Assembly: GCF_009914755.1 (NCBI RefSeq)
Contig: NC_060928.1
Direction: 5' to 3' (one strand)
Source of the DNA: the human T2T-CHM13v2.0 reference genome, Homo sapiens
Length of the DNA stretch: 64,000 nucleotides
Shown here: positions 56,433-64,000 of the stretch, piece by piece
How positions within the stretch are numbered: position 1 is the stretch's first letter
How the letters are laid out: each line of letters begins with the position of its first letter
Notes under the pieces: generated by a model
The model's input: only the letters and a program-made list of their open reading frames with translations
Told to the model about the DNA's origin: nothing
Databases searched by the model: none
Program-made: the position numbers and the translations under genes

Positions 56433-56589
56433 GTGAATTCATAATGAATTTTTGAAGTGCTTCTCTAGACCCTAGGTCTAGTTTTTCTTAAAACCATAAA
56501 AAGCCAAACCATCTTTTAGTTTTTGAAATGGTAATTAAAATTAACTATCTTCCTACTGCAGAAGTTAATAAGTGAGAATAAAAATTAAA

Positions 56590-58560
56590 ATGCTCCAGCA
56601 GTTTATAAACCTTAGTCAATACTTTTTTTTTCTGTAAATTGCCTCTTCATTTTTCTTGCAGACTTTGTATTTCAAAGTTTATGTTTTTAATATTGTAAGA
56701 TATCTTATAAGATCTCTTCATATATTAAGGGTACTAGTCTTGTTTTGTTATTTGTGTTGAAAATAATTTTTTTAATCTGTTGGATCTTTGGTTATGATGT
56801 TTTGTGCTGTTCAGGAACTTAATGATTGGATGTAGTCAGATTTATCAGTCCATTGTTGGTAAGGTTTATGTCATTTTCGGAGTGACTCTCTTTACCACCA
56901 ATATTAGAATAATGTGGCTTCTTAATTTCTTCTATTAAAAGAAATTAAATTAAAATTTCTACTAAAAATTTAATTTCTTTTAATTAATTTTTAATTAAAA
57001 GAAATTAATAATTTTAATATTAAAATATCCTTTTGCATTTAAATATTTATCTAAAACACATTTTGATGTAAAGAGTGAGGTAAGAATCCAGCTTTTATTT
57101 AGTTTGGGGGCATGAGAACACTTTGGGCAGGGGGTGAAATGTTCCGTATCTTAATTGTGGTAGTCATTTCAAGGGTTGTAGACATCTGTCAAAACTCATA
57201 GCATTGTACACTTTAAATGGGTATAGTTTATTGTAGGTGAATTACACTTTAATAAAACTGATTTTTAAAAAATCAAGCTGTTCCCAATATGACTGATGGA
57301 ATAATTCATTTTTAACACCATTACTTTGAAATGCCATGTTTATCAAACCAAAATTCTTATTTTTGAAGTTATGTTTCTGAGTTTTCATTCCATTTGACTC
57401 ATCTATTTGTTTATTTCTGCCCAAAAAACCCTTTTAAGTTCTATTATATTTAATAGTAAGTGGTCAAGTCTCTTCTTACTCTTTAAAAAAGTTATGCTGG
57501 TTATTCTGTCATATTCTCCAGAACTTCAGAATTATTTTCTAAAGTTCCAAAAAGGGAAAGAACTTTGATATTTTGTTATAAAATTTACTCTTTTTTTGGA
57601 TATATTAACATATTTATAATTTGAATCTTCAGATCTAGGAATAAGCTCCTTAACCTTCTATCTCCCTTGTAGAGTTTTGTATTTTATATTGCATAGGTTA
57701 TATTATATCTTATATTTATTCCTAGTTATTTTAAGGTTCTGGTCAATAAGTATTTTTCCCCATCATATTTTCCTTCATATTATTTGTCATTATAAAAACA
57801 TTTGATTTTTACAAAATAACTGGCCACTTCATTAAACTTTGTGTCCTAATGGTTATTTTCTTGATTTTCTTTTGCTTTGCAGCTCTATATTATCTGCAAA
57901 TAATTTTGCTCCCCCTGCTTCTCATATATATGTATTTTTTTATGTCATGCTCATGCCCAATTCCTTAAGCCAGCAGTAGTGGCCATCCTTGCCTTAATCT
58001 TGACTTTAATAGGATACCTTTAGTTTTTCATTTTTATAGATGCCAAAAATAGGAATAAATCAGGAACGTATGCTGAATTTTATTGAATATACGCTGAATT
58101 TTATCAAATGGTGTAATCTATTTAGACTATCCCTTCACTCCCCACTTTTTACTTGTCATAAGCTGAATAACAATATTTCCTGAAATGAATCTCACTTGGC
58201 TGTGTTGTATTAATCTTAAAATATAATACTGTGTTTTATTTGCTAATATTTTATTAAGTATTTTTGCAGGAATAATTTGAAGTGTGATTGGTCTGTATTT
58301 TTAAGACTATGTATATGCCTTGTTCTATTTTGGTACAAGTGGATGCAGGCATCTTAAAGCAATGGGGGTAATTTCTTTGTGTTTCTATGTTCTATAGCAG
58401 TTTAATAGCATTAGAAATATCAGCTTTTTGAAGACTTGAAAGAATTCACAGTGAAGCGTTCTGAGCTTAGCCGTATTACAGGGTGGCTCTGCTAATTTTC
58501 TCAATTCTTACGTTTCTTTCTCCATCTGTTTTGTGTAGGTTTTCTATCTCTTTTTGGTCA
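56590..58560 (-). mobile_element. Degenerate L1ME-like fragments
   Basis: T-rich antisense ORF2-like text (GTAGTGGCCATCCTTGCCTTAATCTTGAC, TTTATTTGCTAATATTTT). Confidence 0.55.
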
Positions 58561-58642
58561 ATGTAGATTATTTATATTTTCTTAGAAAATCAGTCATTTC
58601 ATTCAGGTTTTTGGGGTTTACAGAAATATTATTTTTTATGTA

Positions 58643-58659
<17 letters not shown>

Positions 58660-58675
<16 letters not shown>

Positions 58676-58962
58676 GAGATGGAGTCTTGCTCTGTTGCCC
58701 AGGCTGGAGTGCAGTGGCACGATCTTGGCTCACTGCAACCTCTGCCTCCCAGGTTCAATTCAAGCGATTCCTTTGCCTCAGCCTCCCTAAGAGCTGGGAT
58801 TACAGGAGTGTGCCACCACGCCTGGCTAATTTTTGTATTTTTAGTAGAGACAGGGTTTCGCCATGTTGCCCAGGCTGGTCTTGAACTCCTGACCTCAGGT
58901 GACCCATCTGCCTCAGCCTCCCAAAGTGCTGGGATTACAGGCGTGAGCCACAGTGCCTGGCC
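58660..58962 (-). mobile_element. Alu (AluSx-like) with (TA)n beside its tail
   Basis: Reverse consensus. Confidence 0.9.
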
Positions 58963-59235
58963 TATTTTATATTTTTGATATTAAATATAGGTATAGACTT
59001 TCCTCACTTCTTTTTCATTCTTAATTCTATTACAGATTTAGCTATGAACTTACTTTTTAAAGCATCACTTGGGTTTATTTAACTTATGTATTTCTATTTT
59101 TAATTCATTCATTTTGCTTTTATACTTGTAAATTAATTTATTTAAACTTTCTTAAGTTTTCTTGTTATTGTAAGCTTTAAAATAATCCATGTGTCTTCAA
59201 TCTGGAAAACCTGAAAACTTATAACTGTATCTTTC

Positions 59236-59548
<313 letters not shown>

Positions 59549-60244
59549 TGTATCTTTCAAATGAATTAAATCTTCATGTATATTTGGCATAGATACTACA
59601 AGAAAAGGTGCCTAATTAAATGGGTTATTATGATTCTATAGAATTTTCCTGTGATTATATAGAATATAAAGCTTAAAATTCTGTCAAATCAGTTTAAGAA
59701 GTCAAAGCAAATATTTCTGTCTTGTGTACAGGTTGAAAAATATTTTGATTGACTTCTCTTGATAGACTACAAGAAAAGTAAAGTAGATCGCATTTTCCTC
59801 TCAACTTTCTATTTCTTTGTGCTATTGCTTATTACTTTTTTTTTAAAGTATCTTCTCCATCATTGACTCATGTTGTGCCATACTCCTTGTTCCCCATTCT
59901 CTATCAAAATACATCTGACCTAGGATTTCCCTTACTAATAGACTCACTTTCTAACTAAGTGATAGCCTGGTCTGATAAACTCTAAAATATTAATGCTTGG
60001 CAATAGTTTAGACTGTTACCTTACTATAAACATTGTCATTTTTATAGAGAGATTTTGGATTATGATGTTTTGACCCTATAAAGTTGGTGGTAGGGAGACC
60101 TTTTGGTGGTATTTGAATTAAACAGTATCATTTTCTTTAAAACCAACTCCACAGACTACAAAAATATGTATGAACTTCTTCACAAGCTAATTTTGTAGAG
60201 GCATTTTACAAAATCACATTAAGTTGTTTCGTTTTTCTTCGCAG

Positions 60245-60411
60245 CCTGGTGGAATGAAGGCAGGAACATTTGATCCTTACCCATCACATTCTGCTGACCC
60301 TTATGTGACTAAATTGGCAAATATTTCTGGCAAAGATGATAAGATTTTCCACCCACCAAGTGGACCAAAAAGCAGACCAGTTGAAAGTATAATGACTTTG
60401 AATGTCAGAAG
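60245..60411 (+). CDS. CFAP96: CFAP96 coding exon 6 (PGGMKAGTFDPY...TLNVR)
   Basis: Acceptor tttttcttcgcag; donor GTGGGA at 60412; 167 nt. Confidence 0.9.
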
Positions 60412-61125
60412 GTGGGAATATCTTACACTTAGCTTACAAACCAAGAAAAAATTGTTTCCAACTTTTATACTTCTTCAAAATAGTATCTTTTATTTATATA
60501 TACTTTTTCAAATGACAAATGTGGGTGACTTTAGACATCTCAGCTCCTTCCATGTACAGGTACCTGCCCTCCCTTGTAGAAGTTCTCCCCCATCTTCTGA
60601 AATTCCCAGCTGAGAAAGCTTAAGTTATCTGCACCAAACCATTCTGTGCATAATTTTTAAAGCAAATATATAGCGCCTCATTATGAGTCATTTGAGATGA
60701 GTTAGATATGCATAGTTCAGTTAGCAGTACAATTAACATTGGCTATTTCTCGAAGGGAGTTTCTTAGCAATCTTGAGGAATCCTAATGATGCTTGAGAGT
60801 TCTGTCTTTAACTTTGAAATAACCTATGAAAATAGAAAATATTCTGGTTAATTAAAAATGCCAACATAACTATAATGCTTTGAGAAAAAGTATATTATCA
60901 AGGTATCTTAAAACTTCAATTTTATCCAGGTTTTGTATACTCTCAAAACTGAAAAAGTTCTTTGGAGTAAAAACAATCAGTTATTCTGTGTCTAAAGGAC
61001 ACTAAATTTACATTCTTTTATAAAAACAGTAGTACATCTTTAACACTTGGGGACAGCAATTATAATACTAACATTAGTATTATTTCACAAAAATAAAACT
61101 GCCCTTTATTACAAAGGTGTATTTC

Positions 61126-61420
<295 letters not shown>

Positions 61421-62355
61421 ACAAAGGTGTATTTCTGATTGACTACTTGTTAAGTTCTTTAGAACAATGTATTTATCAGCAGAACTAATCAGCTAAAGAC
61501 AAATTACTTAACATTTTTATGAATTAAAAATACCAGTGCTATGTGTTAACTTTTACCTAATCAAAATATGATTTTGAATACATGAATTCTTTTGGGAAAG
61601 AAGACTTCATAGTAAGTTGATACTGTCTTAAAACTTTGATAATTTGGGGTGCTCTAACTTAGATGGTGTTCATACTTGTACTACTCTTCTTGCTCATGAG
61701 ACTACTGAGAAGATTCTGTGGTCCCTGGATACCTAACAATGGCCTTTTTTCACTTTATTCTCTCACTCAACATCCATTTAGAGCTTCAATATGTATCCAA
61801 TTTTCTGACTGAATTATTTTGATCTAGTCAGTTGCTTAAGTTGAAAAAAAATTTCTGGGCATCTTAAGGTTTATATCAATCAGGGACTACCTAGTACTAA
61901 ATTTTATGTTGAGAGTTTGCAAGATTAGCAAAAAATGATTTTACATAAGGAAAATTTTAAATGTTATATAGTTTGTTACTTCAGACATAGTGTCTATAGC
62001 CCACATTTTTTGTGATGTACATGATTTTACTGTATTTTATGTACTTTAAGATGTGTTTTCTATAAAAAAAATTGAAGTTATCTTCTGGTTTCATGGGGAC
62101 TAATTAGCTTGAGATGCCATCTAGTTTCAAACATTTGCTTAAAAACCTGAAGTTCCTTTGTAAGGTGGCTATAACCTGCTTTCCTGTTGTCTTTCTTGTT
62201 ATTTTCATGCATCTTTTTTTTGAGCCTCATGAAATACATGTACTTTCTTTTAACCTACTCTACTACATTGCTGGTAAGGTTGTTCATTCTGCCTTCTATC
62301 TTCTATCATCTCTTCTCTAAAGTCTGCTAATATCCTCACATGGAGCTTCTACTGA

Positions 62356-62757
<402 letters not shown>

Positions 62758-63271
62758 GATTTTATATTTTTTCAAAACATTTATCTCAATATGTCCCAAA
62801 TGGCAAGTGCATAAAGCGTTTGTCAAGTGAAGTTTTTTCTTGAGCACTTGTATGTGTCACTAGCGTTAACTACAGAATGCTGTGTGTATTTCAGTGGCCT
62901 CCAATACTATGACATCTGTATTAAGCCATGTATGCATCTCATTAGGAGTATTAGAACCAGTGTCTTTCCTATGAATTCAATTTCAGTAATATAGTATCAC
63001 TGCAATTAACTGGAAGGATAGTACATTCACATTTTATGTAAAATAAAATAACCACCCCCCAAACTCTAATACTACTTTGACAGAAGCTCTAAATTGCTAT
63101 GATACCAAATAGAAGCTAAACTATGCAATTAATACAAAATCACTAATGTATGAGATGCTATTATAAGTGAGGTAATGTAGGTGAAATGAATAGTCCTTCT
63201 TAGCTGCAATAATTAGCCAATTTAAGTTTTCCAAGCCTACTATGTCTTGCTGATACTATATATAGGTTTGA

Positions 63272-63623
<352 letters not shown>

Positions 63624-64000
63624 TGAATGGTAGCTTAACTCATATGGGTTTTATTATAATAAGCTAATATAGATGACGATGGTGACCGTTTTTTGCATAT
63701 TTTATCTACTCTTTGTAGCACTTTGGTGACAATTTTGTGGCATAAGTAAGGAAAATTGATTCTGACCTAGCAAAATTCACATTTTCTGAATTAACAAAAA
63801 CTGATCTATGTCACTGAACCACGATTCCCCTAGATATTAGGGTAAATGTATGTAATTTAAACTGTTGTCTACAGGAATACTATTCTCTGTGGGCTAGTTG
63901 GTAAAGTTGGTAAAGATATGGAGCTTTTTTCTATCCTTTTAACCTTTAACCTCTGGCAAGCCACCTATCGCTACTCTGCCCAACTCATCTAATAAACAGA

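Noticed and set aside
58066-58105. About 21-bp tandem duplication (GCTGAATTTTAT twice)
   Set aside because: Ordinary slippage within a degenerate L1
60308-60310. Thr codon in CFAP96 PYVTKL, where I vaguely recall Ala
   Set aside because: Recollection cannot be verified without a database; not reported as a variant

Overview
Human (primate, Alu-rich) genomic DNA that I recognise from the spliced translations as the LRP2BP-ANKRD37-UFSP2-CFAP96(C4orf47) cluster (4q35.1 from memory). A young AluYb8 supports human origin. Hand-spliced gene models: ANKRD37 (+; 5 exons; 158 aa; stop codon split TG|A across the last intron); UFSP2 (-; 12 exons; 469 aa UFM1-specific protease; catalytic C302/D426/H428 intact; exon 1 contributes only ATG); and six coding exons of CFAP96/C4orf47 (+; 293 codons in window; last exon not found, presumably beyond 64000). 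Positions 1 to about 10.1 kb appear to be 5' intron of LRP2BP (-), with no LRP2BP coding exon in the window. Two CpG-island bidirectional promoters lie at about 11.3-12.6 kb (HRE-rich) and 41.0-41.8 kb (ZNF143/CRE/RFX motifs). The rest is about 45 Alus, old L1/L2/MIR/MER/MaLR fragments, microsatellites and a Y1-RNA retropseudogene. I see no evidence of a new protein-coding system; most supplied ORFs are Alu or CpG-island artefacts. The most unusual signals are structural: three short local templated duplications in UFSP2 introns (2.5-2.8 kb offsets), an Alu with a G-rich tract in place of poly(A), an AT-rich direct/inverted/direct palindrome, and very tight tail-to-tail and head-to-head gene packing. 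Repeat subfamily names and repeat boundaries are by-eye estimates.
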